A DNA stretch of 64,000 nt from an uncultured Methanomicrobiales archaeon (GCA_963758915.1 CAVWXH010000009.1:32001-96000), one strand, 5' to 3'. Shown: positions 50,677-61,587, numbered from the stretch's first letter. The notes: a model not told the origin generated them from the letters alone. Made by a program: numbers and translations.

Positions 50677-51492
50677 TCAGAGCCTGGCCTCAATGCTCTT
50701 CCACGTGCTCCGGGATAGAAAACTACCGGGTGCGTCTTCCTCCATTTCTTTGTACATGGTAAACGGCACAGCGAATGTCAACACATCGTCCCCAAGGACA
50801 TGCATCACCTGCTGGCGTGCGGAAGGATCGGTAAGACCAAGGACAGCACGGGGCGTATCGGATACCCCTTCCTTATAGGGGAGCAGCATAACCTGGTGAC
50901 AGCCTGCACTGGCAGGAATTATTACGCGTTCGAGGTCCCCGTACCGGAAATTTGCCAGTGTGACAAGTGCCGAAACCTGGTGGGGATTTGCGATAAACAC
51001 AATAACCTGGGGCACTTCCCCTGGCTTAACCTCTGAAAGCGGTTTGAAAATCACGTAGGTATACGGAATATCCGTTACCGGGAGGTTATGAATGAACTCT
51101 TTCACCAGGTCCGGGGTTTTCCTATAACCTTCCCCAAGAAGGAAGTGTTTTTTTATTTCAGGATTGGGGATATTATCTGCCAGATTCTTTAATTCCTCGC
51201 AATGGCTGCACCCGAGGATCCCGTTTGAAAGGAAATGCGAAAATCCTTCGATTCCTCCGGGAGAGGTCACAAAACAGTTACCAAACCCTGCTCCGGTCCC
51301 TCCCCCGTTACAACCGAACGTTTCCCGTGATATGGCAGCAGTACGGCCCTTTGATGCCTGGGCAAAGAGAGACATTAGGCATCCCCTCCTCCCGGGAACA
51401 AACGATAGTGCTGGTTCAGGCTTGGTATCAGACCATATGACTGCAACGGGTGAGAATTTCAGATGCAATATGTTAGCGATAACACTTTTCAT
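50677..51492 (-). CDS. DUF169 family protein
   Basis: PVAV, C..GC.GG, P.Q.SALV.LA, AGC, GLTDPSAR. Confidence 0.82.
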   Translation of the reverse strand: MKSVIANILHLKFSPVAVIWSDTKPEPALSFVPGRRGCLMSLFAQASKGRTAAISRETFGCNGGGTGAGFGNCFVTSPGGIEGFSHFLSNGILGCSHCEELKNLADNIPNPEIKKHFLLGEGYRKTPDLVKEFIHNLPVTDIPYTYVIFKPLSEVKPGEVPQVIVFIANPHQVSALVTLANFRYGDLERVIIPASAGCHQVMLLPYKEGVSDTPRAVLGLTDPSARQQVMHVLGDDVLTFAVPFTMYKEMEEDAPGSFLSRSTWKSIEARL

Positions 51493-51793
51493 TCGGTATC
51501 CACTCCTGGTTCAATGTAGGTGAATTTTGAATATAGTTCCTTGTGAGAAAGATACTGAGTCAGGTGCACCGGTAAAGTTCGGTCATATCACCTATGAGCA
51601 TGAAACACTACCGAACTGAATAAAGGTATAGTACCTATTGCCAATATAACAGTGTTTAATCCGTAAAACCGATTATACCCGGTTTTACGGGTCTTTTTGA
51701 ATAAAGTGTGTGTAACCCGTTTCCATTCTGCTGGGGTATTCCTGATAATCCGGAATTCCCGGGATATATTTTTTCCCGCCCTGCATCTTCCTG

Positions 51794-53305
51794 TCAATTG
51801 TCAACCCGTTTATTCGCCCGCTGGAGAGACGCGAAGATCCCTATGAGGCAAAGGACGGTGAACAGTACAAAGGCATATCGTACACTCAGGGTAACCGCCG
51901 GGTAATACTCATAAGTGATCTCAACATGGCCAATCACGATTGCAAAGATCATCGTGGCAATCCCCATGGAAAGCATCTGGCCAAGGAGTCGCATGGTACC
52001 GACAATTCCAGAGGCCACTCCATAGTATTTCTTCTCGACAGCACTCATAATCGCATTCGTATTCGGGGAGGTGAAAAAGCCGAAACCGGCCCCTATCAGC
52101 ACAAGAGCCCCGAGTATATACCAGAGAGGGGTAGCATCGCTGATAAAAACAAGGAAGAAAAGCCCTACAGCAGACAGCCCCATACCAAACGATGCGATCA
52201 CACCGGGATCGATACGGTCAGACAGTTTTCCTGAGAACGGGGAGATGACAGCCTGCATCAGCGGGGCTGCTATAAGGACAAACCCTGCGTATACGGGAGA
52301 GAATCCCCTGGAATACTGGAGGTACAGGCTCAGCAAGAAAGAGACCGCGTAGGTTGCACTGTAATTGATAAGGGCTGCAAGGTTGGAATATGCAAATAAC
52401 CTGCTCCTGGTGAACAGTTTCGTTTCAAGTACTGGAAATTCCCTCCGGTGCTCGTAGCTGAGGAATAGTACTGCACAGGCCACTCCTGTAACGATCAGCA
52501 CGACACCGGTAAGGTCAGGGAGGGTGGTGAAACCAAGCATGACCGCGACGATTGAGACCGCGTACATCACAGACCCACCGATATCTAACGGTTCCCCCCT
52601 GCTGTCAGCCCACTCTCCTTTGAGTTGCCAGAGGACCAGTATGATGGCGAGGATGCTGATAGGGACATTGATATAAAAAATACTCCGCCACCCAAAGTGT
52701 TCTGTCAGAAGGCCGCCCAGGAAAGGCCCTGTTGACAACCCGATATAAACCGCGGTAATATAGATACCAAGAACTTTCCCACGTTCACCGGGCGGGAATA
52801 CCGAGGTAAGGATGGCTACGGCGGTCCCGAAGATCATGGAGCTCCCAATCCCCTGGAGGACTCGTACCATGATGAGCATCCCGGAAGATGCCACGAGCGT
52901 CATTATAAACGACGCAGCGGCAAAGATTACAATACCGATAAGAAATATTTTTTTTCTCCCGTAAATATCTGCGATTTTTCCAAAAGGCACGAGAAAAATT
53001 GCTGATGCAAGCAGGTACGCGGTAGATACCCAGGAGAGGGCAATCGCGTCCATGTGAAATTCTGCACCGATAACCGGGAGGGCAATATTGACCGCAGACC
53101 CGTCAAACGGCGTAATAAACCCGGCAAGAATCGCAATCAGGAGGACAACACGTTTCCCGGCCGGGGAGACCTCCTGGTCAGGCATGCTGAACAGTCCCGG
53201 TCTATCGGGAAAAGTACGTGGCGTTCTGGAACCGCTCGTCATTTCCAACCCTGAAAAATCCAATATCCCTAGCTTGTCATCCTGCTGAATTGAATGTATT
53301 GGCAA
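51794..53305 (-). CDS. MFS transporter, DHA2/EmrB-like (true start probably 53185-53245)
   Basis: DGSAVNIALP, GKIADIYGRK, GPFLGG, WRSIFYINVP, SPNTNAIM. Confidence 0.93.
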   Translation of the reverse strand: MPIHSIQQDDKLGILDFSGLEMTSGSRTPRTFPDRPGLFSMPDQEVSPAGKRVVLLIAILAGFITPFDGSAVNIALPVIGAEFHMDAIALSWVSTAYLLASAIFLVPFGKIADIYGRKKIFLIGIVIFAAASFIMTLVASSGMLIMVRVLQGIGSSMIFGTAVAILTSVFPPGERGKVLGIYITAVYIGLSTGPFLGGLLTEHFGWRSIFYINVPISILAIILVLWQLKGEWADSRGEPLDIGGSVMYAVSIVAVMLGFTTLPDLTGVVLIVTGVACAVLFLSYEHRREFPVLETKLFTRSRLFAYSNLAALINYSATYAVSFLLSLYLQYSRGFSPVYAGFVLIAAPLMQAVISPFSGKLSDRIDPGVIASFGMGLSAVGLFFLVFISDATPLWYILGALVLIGAGFGFFTSPNTNAIMSAVEKKYYGVASGIVGTMRLLGQMLSMGIATMIFAIVIGHVEITYEYYPAVTLSVRYAFVLFTVLCLIGIFASLQRANKRVDN

Positions 53306-53934
53306 TGAAAATAATCAGCGGTGGATCACCATAACTCCCTGGTTTCCAGCTGCTGACTGGTTACGGTACTGGAATAGTCCTGCAAAGACATTGAAACGAC
53401 TGTTCCCTGCCCGACAGACGACCTGCCCCTTCCATAGACCTGTTATCTGTGCCATTGAAGTAGCCTGGCATCGTGTGTTTTGTATCCTGCACCCTGATTT
53501 TTTTCAGACGAGGTCCGGGTTCTCAACCTCCGATGCAATGTTTTTAGGTGATGTGCAACAAAAGTTATACCTCATCAGCTAAAAAAACCGGGGTGAACAG
53601 CTATACCAGGAAAGACAAGGATAATCACGTATATTATTGCTTTAACAGCCGTTACAATCATTTTCCTGCAGACGCTGTACCGGAATTTTTATGATACGTT
53701 TCCCTGGTCGGTCGATGCATTTCATACGGTAAAATACAAGGCCAGCCTTAGTTTCATCCACCCCGACAGCCTGACATTCTGGATCCTCCTCACCGGATTA
53801 ATCCTCGCCTTCGTTGTCCTGTATTTCCACCCGGTGGAACAGGAACATGGTAAAAGAATGTGACCTGCCCAGAGCAACCCTGAAAAATGTAAACACTATA
53901 ATAGAACATACAACGAAACTTTGAGTGAACCCGC

Positions 53935-54042
53935 ATGGCCCTGTTAAACCGTGAAACAAAACTGCTGGTATTTCTGGCCATTATCGCAATAATCAGCAAT
54001 ACAATTCCCTTTTACCTGCTACTGAATTATGGAAGGCCATGA
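53935..54042 (+). CDS. Candidate 35-aa single-pass membrane microprotein
   Basis: MALLNRETKLLVFLAIIAIISNTIPFYLLLNYGRP; GAGTGA SD-like site upstream; below the ORF-track cutoff. Confidence 0.5.
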   Translation: MALLNRETKLLVFLAIIAIISNTIPFYLLLNYGRP

Positions 54043-54089
54043 GGGGTTTTTCCATATCCTACCGATTTGCCCGTTTTTAACCGGCTTTC

Positions 54090-54740
54090 CTATAAACTAT
54101 CAGGTCCTGTCTTTTTCGGGCGGACCTGTTTCCTGATAAGGTAATGGATGTTTTCTCCTTTGGGGACTGATAAGAAATACAGGTAGGCAACAACGACTGC
54201 GGCAAGCGAGCCGATAGTATGAGCTACGTTATCTCCGATGATATCAGAGAGCCCGTCATTGTATATGGTATGATTCAGCACATCGTTCGATATTTCTACG
54301 ACCTTCCACATACCCCCGAAAAAGGCCATCAGCAGAAAAATAGCGATAAGTATTGTTGTTTTCCGGTACCTGACTCCCCACATATCAAGGAGGAGAAAAA
54401 AGACCAGGATAATCAGGCCTACCGAAAGACCGGAGACAAAATGTGCAACCTTGTCGAACAGGGGGAAGGTGGGCGACCAGTACCACCGCATCACACCGCC
54501 TGCAACATGGAGGAACAGGGAAAGGGCAATAATGCTTTTTACGCCGAACGGCAGGGTGATTTTTAACAGTTTTTCAACCAGCAGCGGGCATAGGGAAATT
54601 ATCATAACCGCGATAACGGCGTACGATCTGGCAGTATCCCCAATCTCAATCGCCCATAACACGAGGCCAAAAAAAATTACCTCAAATATCAGGAGAATAA
54701 GTAAATCCACCGTATTTAAAAAATATTTTGATGGTGCCAT
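54090..54740 (-). CDS. Polytopic membrane protein (DUF2238/YjdF-like)
   Basis: LFLH..G..WY..FDKVAHF..W.VVE..D..GD motifs. Confidence 0.62.
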   Translation of the reverse strand: MAPSKYFLNTVDLLILLIFEVIFFGLVLWAIEIGDTARSYAVIAVMIISLCPLLVEKLLKITLPFGVKSIIALSLFLHVAGGVMRWYWSPTFPLFDKVAHFVSGLSVGLIILVFFLLLDMWGVRYRKTTILIAIFLLMAFFGGMWKVVEISNDVLNHTIYNDGLSDIIGDNVAHTIGSLAAVVVAYLYFLSVPKGENIHYLIRKQVRPKKTGPDSL

Positions 54741-54814
54741 TTCAACATCATAAATGGGTCTTTTTATTGGAAATACTTTTTTCAGGAGCGGCGTACCGGT
54801 GCAGGGTTGCCCGA

Positions 54815-55447
54815 TCATTCCGGGGCGTTTTCTTCCGTCTGCTTTGCAGGGCAGAAATTGCATATTGAATAAAACACTTCTTTTTCCTTGTCCCTGATCA
54901 GGCAGTAAAAATCACTACCCCGCTGTTCCACGGTAAAACCCCCCGGGAACGGCATCCCGACAGGGTGACCGGGTTTATCGAGGACGAACATGGTAAAGGC
55001 AGAAATCAGGTAATAGAACAGGCGCATCCTTGGATTACGGAGATATGGATTCCTTTCCGATTGATCATCCCATGAAAAACATCCTTCAGGAAATACCCTG
55101 CAGAAATTACTGAATGTGACAGGATCACGCAGCGGCACGGAAAATTTGCAGGAGTCCCCGGAACGGGACATCAGGAGCAGGGCGTGGTGCATACCGAAGA
55201 GCTGTTCGATGAAGTATGGACGTATCGCCTCCCGATAGGGAGAGGGTAGTTTCCTTATCTCATTGTATAACCGACCCCCGATCAATTGTAAATCAAAAAG
55301 GGAATAATGCCCGATTTCTTCGGCAAGGATATCCAGGAGTTCCCTTTTTGTTGTTGCGTAACTAATCCGAAGTGCGATTTCACGAATTAAGTCAGATTCG
55401 CCTGGAAACTGGTCCATCAGGAGCGATACCCGGGCATCTGTGTTCAT
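54815..55447 (-). CDS. DUF2115 (UPF0305) methanogen protein
   Basis: YSLFDL, LPSPYR, PGHPVGMPFPGG, YC..RDK..SICNFCPAKQ. Confidence 0.88.
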   Translation of the reverse strand: MNTDARVSLLMDQFPGESDLIREIALRISYATTKRELLDILAEEIGHYSLFDLQLIGGRLYNEIRKLPSPYREAIRPYFIEQLFGMHHALLLMSRSGDSCKFSVPLRDPVTFSNFCRVFPEGCFSWDDQSERNPYLRNPRMRLFYYLISAFTMFVLDKPGHPVGMPFPGGFTVEQRGSDFYCLIRDKEKEVFYSICNFCPAKQTEENAPE

Positions 55448-55630
55448 AGGGGTACATTACTGTATTGCATGCAAGGGCGTAAATCCAGCTGATCCAACAG
55501 AGTACCATATGAAGAACTGTTGGTTACCAGACAGACAATTATTCAAAATGCGACCGGAGTTGTATAAAGCCGCAATGGGAAAGATTATATTTTTTTAGGC
55601 TGATATGAAAAACTTTGGCTAAACAATCTG

Positions 55631-55790
55631 GAAGGTCACCTTTTTCATGCCCATCTATAAGCCAGAGGCCCATAGCACGCTTTGTTGAAACACACATGAA
55701 CGGGAAGTTCATACCCGGGCTATGAAAATACCTCGTTCAAAATTTCTATATATGGGGGTCTGTTTTGTTATTTTCATGGGAAACCCTGCA
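55631..55790 (+). repeat. Hairpin flank plus left arm of the MITE-like repeat
   Basis: aaggtcacctttttcatgc..ctataagccagaggcccatagca then CGCTTTGTTGAAACACACATGAACGGGAAGTTCATACCCGGG. Confidence 0.75.
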
Positions 55791-55812
55791 AGATTAAAAA
55801 AAAGGGAATGCA

Positions 55813-56022
55813 TTGACAGGAGGGGTTTCACCCCCTCCCTTCCCAACCCCATTAAGATAGTATTCGGGCAGGGTATCCCGAAGGCTCATTAAATTCAGAG
55901 TATGTTGGAATAGTCTCTATCCCCGCCGGGGCGCCGAAGCAGCGGGAAAGAGCCCCGGGAGCGTGACTAAATAGTAAGAATAACCTGAATGTTGCAAAAT
56001 AGATTTAAGGCGGGTTTTTAAA
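55813..56022 (-). repeat. Inverted core of the MITE-like repeat
   Basis: Reverse complement aaatctattttgca..cacgctcccggggctc..ggcgccccggcggggatagagact..ccctgcccgaa..gggagggggtgaaacccctcctgtc. Confidence 0.75.
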
Positions 56023-56124
56023 AAATCCATTTTTAAGAAAAAAATGCATCCGACCCGGTTTTCTGGCTGAATAGGGATTAAGAGTTCGCAATAAAGGGTT
56101 TCCAATACAAGATGTATCAGTAAT

Positions 56125-56499
56125 TTACGGTTTCTCCGGCCCACCTGTCAACTGGGCGAGTTCGTTGAGCACCACGCTCCACTGGTACGGTTTATTGATG
56201 TAACTCAGTGCCCCGGCCTTTACTGCCTCCTCGATATGGGCAACCTGCCCGTCCGCGGATATCACAATAATTTTTGCGTCTGGCTTCATCGTTTTAATTG
56301 CCTTTATTGCCTCTACGCCGTTCATCTTCGGCATGATCATATCTATAATAACAATATCCGGGTTCGTCCTGGAAAACTCCGTCACCCCTGCCTCTCCGTC
56401 GCCTGCCTCACCTGCAATCTCATAACCCCCGGATATAAGGATTTTTTTCAAAATATCTCTTGCATATTCGGCATCATCAATGACCAGGACCCGCGGCAT
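56125..56499 (-). CDS. CheY-like response regulator
   Basis: VLVIDD, PDIVIIDMIMPKMNG, ISA, YINKP. Confidence 0.92.
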   Translation of the reverse strand: MPRVLVIDDAEYARDILKKILISGGYEIAGEAGDGEAGVTEFSRTNPDIVIIDMIMPKMNGVEAIKAIKTMKPDAKIIVISADGQVAHIEEAVKAGALSYINKPYQWSVVLNELAQLTGGPEKP

Positions 56500-56707
56500 A
56501 TAAACGAGTATTCTGCCTTCACATACTATAAGGTCTTCGTTATGCAGCTCACCGGCGATATACCCATAGGTGTAACGGGGGTAGTCGGGGGGGCAGGGTA
56601 TCATGTCCGCTGATCTGCCTGTCGCATTATTACACGGTCCTTTCTATCTGAAATGCCCCGGAATTGTTTCAGTTCACCAGACGATGAAGTGACCAGGGAT
56701 GCCCCCG

Positions 56708-58117
56708 CTAGAATGAGGCCATATCTTTCCCTTCCCACCTCTTATATCCTTTCCTGACAAGCCCAAATGCCGGAATACCAAGCAATAACGCAGCGACTCC
56801 GAAATAGGGGTTAATAAACGCGAGTGTAAGGATAACCATCACCGGGACCCCGACAAGGACGATAAAAGCGAGCAGCACTTTCACATCGTACACAAGGACA
56901 TTGGGTGTAAGACCGGTCAGATATATTGAAACCGAGAGGGAATAGAACGAAAACGCACACCAGAGGGCCATTGCAGGGATGAGGTACAGTATCCCGCCGG
57001 TAATGACGGTAACGATCACCATAAACACCGCCGGTATCAGCTGGAGCACGGTAAATGTACACATCTTGCTCGTGATAAGCGTGGAAACACTGACCGGGAG
57101 ACAGGCATAGGAACTGAAGGTGTCAAATGAAGTAATCCACGTATACATTGTCGCTGAAATAATCCCGGTGGTCACCGCGAACACGAGCAGGACGGCGTAA
57201 TCAGGTACGATTGCCCTCAACACAGAAAGGAAGAACCAGATCAGTCCAAGCGGGAGAAGAAACGAAAAAATTACCTGCCCTACCCCACCGCCACTCCTCC
57301 AGAGGTCAACCAGGTCCTTTGCAGCCAGGGGAGGGGTCGGAAAGAACGAGAGTTTTTCTGTAAGGGGGGTGAGGAGGTTTGAAAACCGTTTGGATCTCCC
57401 CGTGTATTCAGGGGTAAAGAGCGCAATTGATACCACAAACGGGATGGTAACAAGGACAAAGGACTCAATTAACGCGGGCCAGGAACCGTTATGTAGCAGC
57501 TGGAGAGGCGGGAACAGGTCTGCAAGACCGGTCCCATATGAAAGGTATGCCAATCCTGAAATGACCAGCACCGCCGCAAATATAATGGCAAGCGCAGGTT
57601 TCGAGCGTGAATACACGGTAGAGAGAAAGAATATCGCAGACAGCCCGAAAAGAAATGTCAGGGTAAGGCTTGCAAATAGGAGGAGCGGATAGCCTGCCTG
57701 TACACCGATGAACGGCGAAGCAACCGCGAACCCCAGTACAAACGGGAGCACCCAGAGGATAAGGTAGTAGACGATGTCTTTCAATACAAAATTTGTGAAT
57801 ATATAACGTTCAGACAATGGCAGGCTTCGCGCAGAATAGGCCAGCAGGCTCATCTGCCCGAACCGCCGGTTCATCACTTCATTCCCGAGAAGGCCAAAGC
57901 CCCCGACCATCACCCCCAGCAGGAGGAAGACCCCCGTTATAATCAGGGCAAGGTCACCTGCCGGGAGCACTGCCCGGAAAAGGGGGAGGAGGAATGAGCT
58001 CATAAAGACGATCCCAAAGATCAGCACCGGGAACAGGGCAAAACTGAGGCTCCCGAACATGGTGGAGTGGAGCCGCCACTCTTCTTTCATCATGCTGCTA
58101 AACAGCTCAAGCCCCAT
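56708..58117 (-). CDS. ABC-2 type permease (about 12 TM)
   Basis: KEEWRLHS..F..FP; downstream of and co-oriented with an ABC ATPase. Confidence 0.75.
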   Translation of the reverse strand: MGLELFSSMMKEEWRLHSTMFGSLSFALFPVLIFGIVFMSSFLLPLFRAVLPAGDLALIITGVFLLLGVMVGGFGLLGNEVMNRRFGQMSLLAYSARSLPLSERYIFTNFVLKDIVYYLILWVLPFVLGFAVASPFIGVQAGYPLLLFASLTLTFLFGLSAIFFLSTVYSRSKPALAIIFAAVLVISGLAYLSYGTGLADLFPPLQLLHNGSWPALIESFVLVTIPFVVSIALFTPEYTGRSKRFSNLLTPLTEKLSFFPTPPLAAKDLVDLWRSGGGVGQVIFSFLLPLGLIWFFLSVLRAIVPDYAVLLVFAVTTGIISATMYTWITSFDTFSSYACLPVSVSTLITSKMCTFTVLQLIPAVFMVIVTVITGGILYLIPAMALWCAFSFYSLSVSIYLTGLTPNVLVYDVKVLLAFIVLVGVPVMVILTLAFINPYFGVAALLLGIPAFGLVRKGYKRWEGKDMASF

Positions 58118-58162
58118 GACCAGGCCCCCTGGAACAGTCAGCTGCAGAATTCTCCGACATTC

Positions 58163-58879
58163 TCAATCATCCTGTACCGCTGAAAAGAAGAACTCTGACA
58201 GGTGCTGTTTTTTATCAGCAAGTTCACTAATCGCCCCGCTATAGAGCAGTTTACCTTTATGCAGGATTGCAAACCCAGTACAGATCTCTTCCGCAATCTC
58301 GAGGATATGGGTGGAGATAAAAATGGTTCCACCGGATGTTACATACTCTGCAAGGTACTCCTTGACCTTTCGCTGCATAATCGGGTCGAAATTGATAAGG
58401 GGTTCATCAATGAGGGCGAGGACGGGTTTATGGAGGAATGCCTGGGCAAACATCAGTTTCTGCCTGGTCCCACGGGAAAGGTCTTTGCAGAGGATATCGC
58501 GCTTATCTTCGAACTCAAGGAACCGGAACCACCACGCTGCCTTTTCTTCAATGTCAGGGATCTTCCTGACTGCCCCGACGAATGCAAGATATTCCATGGC
58601 AGTCAGGAAGCTCGGCGGCGTCTCCTGTTCAGGGATAATCCCCACAGACTTCCGCACACCAATAGGATCAATCAGGACATTGAGACCAAGCACGGAAGCC
58701 TGGCCTTTCGTAGGCCTGATCTGGCCGGTAAGCATCTTGATCATCGTGGTCTTCCCTGACCCGTTCGGACCGAGCAGACCAAAAAGTGATCCCTGCGGCA
58801 CCGACAGGGTAACATTGTCCACCGCCGTGGTATCCCCGAACTGCTTCGTGAGACCCTGTGCTTCAATAACCGTAACCAT
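58163..58879 (-). CDS. ABC-2 type ATPase
   Basis: GPNGSGKTT, LSRG, IDEP, STH. Confidence 0.95.
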   Translation of the reverse strand: MVTVIEAQGLTKQFGDTTAVDNVTLSVPQGSLFGLLGPNGSGKTTMIKMLTGQIRPTKGQASVLGLNVLIDPIGVRKSVGIIPEQETPPSFLTAMEYLAFVGAVRKIPDIEEKAAWWFRFLEFEDKRDILCKDLSRGTRQKLMFAQAFLHKPVLALIDEPLINFDPIMQRKVKEYLAEYVTSGGTIFISTHILEIAEEICTGFAILHKGKLLYSGAISELADKKQHLSEFFFSAVQDD

Positions 58880-59167
58880 TCGAATTCATCCTCCTGATCA
58901 TTATTCGTAAACCGTACCTGTACGTCATCGGCGGTGCACAGGGATCATTCATGGTGCTCCCGGGCAACACACCGTAATGAGAGGCAGGGTTTCCTTATGC
59001 CAGTACCTGACATATGGTTCCTTGGGTATATGGTGATTACCTGACCGGGTGAATTGATCTATCTAAAAAAACAGGATTCCTGGTACAGATGACCCAGGCC
59101 CTCATGACGGTCCTGATGAAAGCAGGTGGTAATATTCCAATGGTCCGGACGATCCAGTACCAGCAGT

Positions 59168-59653
59168 TTACACACGATCTGCTGCTGCCCTGACCATGGT
59201 AATCAGGTCATTAATTTTCCCGTTCCCGGAAATTTCAGATTTATTGAGGACTATTTCCCCGGAGACACGGACTCCCTTCTTTTCGAGGGCTGATTTCATT
59301 ATCGGCAGGGTGTCTTTTGCCGAGCTCCCGCAGGTCGCGAATATGACAGCATTTTTCCCTTCACACCCTTTAAGTGCAGCAATTGCCCCGTTGATCGCGG
59401 GTGTCGCTTTCCATGCCCAGACCGGAGTCCCGATAACGATGAGGTCATATAACGATACGTCTATGATATCCGGACTTATCGGGTCACATGCCCCCTTCCT
59501 TGCACGAATACATCCCACCGAGTAGGCGGACAGCGTTGAATAATTGTCCTTCGGTTTCACTTCAATAAGGTCTCCCCCACAGGCAGCGTTAATTTTTTCG
59601 GCGATGCCCCGCGTAACACCTGAATATGAATGGTAGATAATGCATGACTTCAT
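59168..59653 (-). CDS. Flavodoxin family protein
   Basis: YHSYSGVT, YDLIVIGTPVW, FATCG. Confidence 0.88.
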   Translation of the reverse strand: MKSCIIYHSYSGVTRGIAEKINAACGGDLIEVKPKDNYSTLSAYSVGCIRARKGACDPISPDIIDVSLYDLIVIGTPVWAWKATPAINGAIAALKGCEGKNAVIFATCGSSAKDTLPIMKSALEKKGVRVSGEIVLNKSEISGNGKINDLITMVRAAADRV

Positions 59654-59656
59654 AAT

Positions 59657-60004
59657 TCACCTTTTTCCGGCTTTCCTCTCATTATCCTGCCTGCACTTTT
59701 CCATTACGCTACGGGATAATTCATCAAAATTTTCCTGGTAGCGGACCATGCTCTCCCGGTTAAATGAATAATACATGTGGTTTCCCTCCTTTCTTGACGT
59801 GATAATACGCACATTCTTCAGGATCTTTACGTGTTGCGAGACAGCTGGTTGCGATATCCCGAGCATTCCTGCAAGATCATTGACACCGAGGGCGCCACTC
59901 AGGTCATTTGCCAGGAAATATATAATGCAGAGCCGGTTGTAATCGCCAAGGGCCTTGAACACCCCTGCCATCTCTTCTACGAACTGCCTGTTGCATCCAC
60001 TCAT
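59657..60004 (-). CDS. ArsR/SmtB transcriptional regulator
   Basis: FKALGD.NRL, SQPAVSQH..LK, RKEG..YY. Confidence 0.92.
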   Translation of the reverse strand: MSGCNRQFVEEMAGVFKALGDYNRLCIIYFLANDLSGALGVNDLAGMLGISQPAVSQHVKILKNVRIITSRKEGNHMYYSFNRESMVRYQENFDELSRSVMEKCRQDNERKAGKR

Positions 60005-60188
60005 TATAATATAATAATATTCTTATATACTTAATGGTTATGGACAGGTGTATGCAAGACCCGGTCATCTCCGGTTATCGGCCATATTGAAGAACTTTAA
60101 AACAGGAATTTTTTTCCTTTTACGGTTATGCATTGTTTCCATACCCCTTCCGGAAACAATTTACGATCACATTTACAATAACTATCAG

Positions 60189-60701
60189 ATGCAACAGGTT
60201 CCCGATCAGGCAGTTTCAGAAGTGATTGGGACAATCCTCATGGTTGCAATGGTTGTAATGATTGCGGGGATCACTGCAGCGTTAGTATTGGGAATGCCAT
60301 TTGTCCCCCAGAAACCAACTCTTTCAGGGTTCACGGTAGAAATAATACAGGTTGCCAATGGCACCCTGCCAGGTTCACAAACCGTGCCGGTGATCAGTTT
60401 TTACCAGGTATCCGGAGATAAGCTGGCATTTTTCGGGCCAAATGGAACAAATATCAGGCTTACTGATCCCGGTGGTAATACCAGAAGTGTTAATTTCTCA
60501 GGCACAGGATCTGAAATCCGGATTGGGGAGCGGTTTCTCGTCTTCAGGGAATCAGGAAGCCCCGGTAATTACCTGGTCACTAATAATCAAAGCAGCATTC
60601 CGGGCATTGAACCATTCACCCCGCACGGTACCTGGCGCTTTATCATTACTGATGAAAAAGAGACGAACATGGTAATCTTCGACAAAGATCTAACTCTGTA
60701 A
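60189..60701 (+). CDS. Archaeal type IV pilin
   Basis: Class III signal DQA|VSEVIGTILMVAMVV. Confidence 0.85.
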   Translation: MQQVPDQAVSEVIGTILMVAMVVMIAGITAALVLGMPFVPQKPTLSGFTVEIIQVANGTLPGSQTVPVISFYQVSGDKLAFFGPNGTNIRLTDPGGNTRSVNFSGTGSEIRIGERFLVFRESGSPGNYLVTNNQSSIPGIEPFTPHGTWRFIITDEKETNMVIFDKDLTL

Positions 60702-60710
60702 CAGCAGGGA

Positions 60711-61022
60711 TTGTGGCCACCAGGGGGGATACCGATTCAGGATTTACAATATTTTCTGCTGCTGTTGGCAGTACTAAATAGTATAGCTTTTTTTTCCTAT
60801 TACCGTGACAAGAGGAACGCTGAGAATAACAGATGGAGGATCCCTGAACGTACCCTGTTGATGTGGGGTTTGATTGGCCCTTTCGGGTCATATCTCGCAA
60901 TGCGGATGTTCAGGCACAAAACGCAGAAAACAAAATTCCTGTTGGTGCCGGTTTTTCTTGCAGTGCAACTGGTGATAATCACGTTCGTTGTGGCAGTGTT
61001 TTTTCCGGAGATTCTCCTCTGA
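60711..61022 (+). CDS. DUF1294 membrane protein
   Basis: AF..Y..DK..A..WRIPE.TL..G..G..AM..FRHKT.K. Confidence 0.88.
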   Translation: MWPPGGIPIQDLQYFLLLLAVLNSIAFFSYYRDKRNAENNRWRIPERTLLMWGLIGPFGSYLAMRMFRHKTQKTKFLLVPVFLAVQLVIITFVVAVFFPEILL

Positions 61023-61101
61023 CCTTCTGATACCAGTCACCAGAGTAGTGAAATGTACAAACCCTGCTTCTTTAATACATAGTCCTATCATATTTTCCTC
61101 A

Positions 61102-61587
61102 ATGCGGACCAACAGGCACCAATATTTTCTTGACCTGGCATACCGGTGTGCCCACCAGGGTACCTGCCTGCGGCGCAATTTTGGCGCCATCATCGTCGAT
61201 GAGTATAATACGATCGTTTCCACGGGTTACACCGGTGCCCCCAGGAAACAGCCGGACTGCACGGAACTGAACAACTGCTGGAGAAAGGACCACAATATCC
61301 CATCAGGTTCAAACTATGAACGGTGCAGGAGTGTCCATGCAGAGATGAATGCCCTTCTCCAGGCAGGAAAACTTGCACGCGGGTGTACCCTCTACCTTGC
61401 AGGCTACGATGTGGAGACAGAAGACCTGACCCGGATCTGGCCGTGTTTTCTCTGTTCAAAAATGATCGTCAATAGTGGCATCAAAAACGTCATTATGAGG
61501 ACCGGAACAGAAGAGTTCAGCGAGATGGATCCCATGGCCCTTTACCAGATGCGGAGCATGGAAGCACTGGGTGATGAGATACAATAA
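61102..61587 (+). CDS. dCMP/cytidine deaminase family protein
   Basis: YFLDLA..TCLRR.FGA, HAEMNA, PCFLC. Confidence 0.9.
   Translation: MRTNRHQYFLDLAYRCAHQGTCLRRNFGAIIVDEYNTIVSTGYTGAPRKQPDCTELNNCWRKDHNIPSGSNYERCRSVHAEMNALLQAGKLARGCTLYLAGYDVETEDLTRIWPCFLCSKMIVNSGIKNVIMRTGTEEFSEMDPMALYQMRSMEALGDEIQ

Noticed and set aside
53306-53930. Long intergenic region checked for a riboswitch or RNA gene
   Set aside because: No recognisable fluoride, TPP or tRNA consensus by eye; a covariance search would be needed to exclude one.
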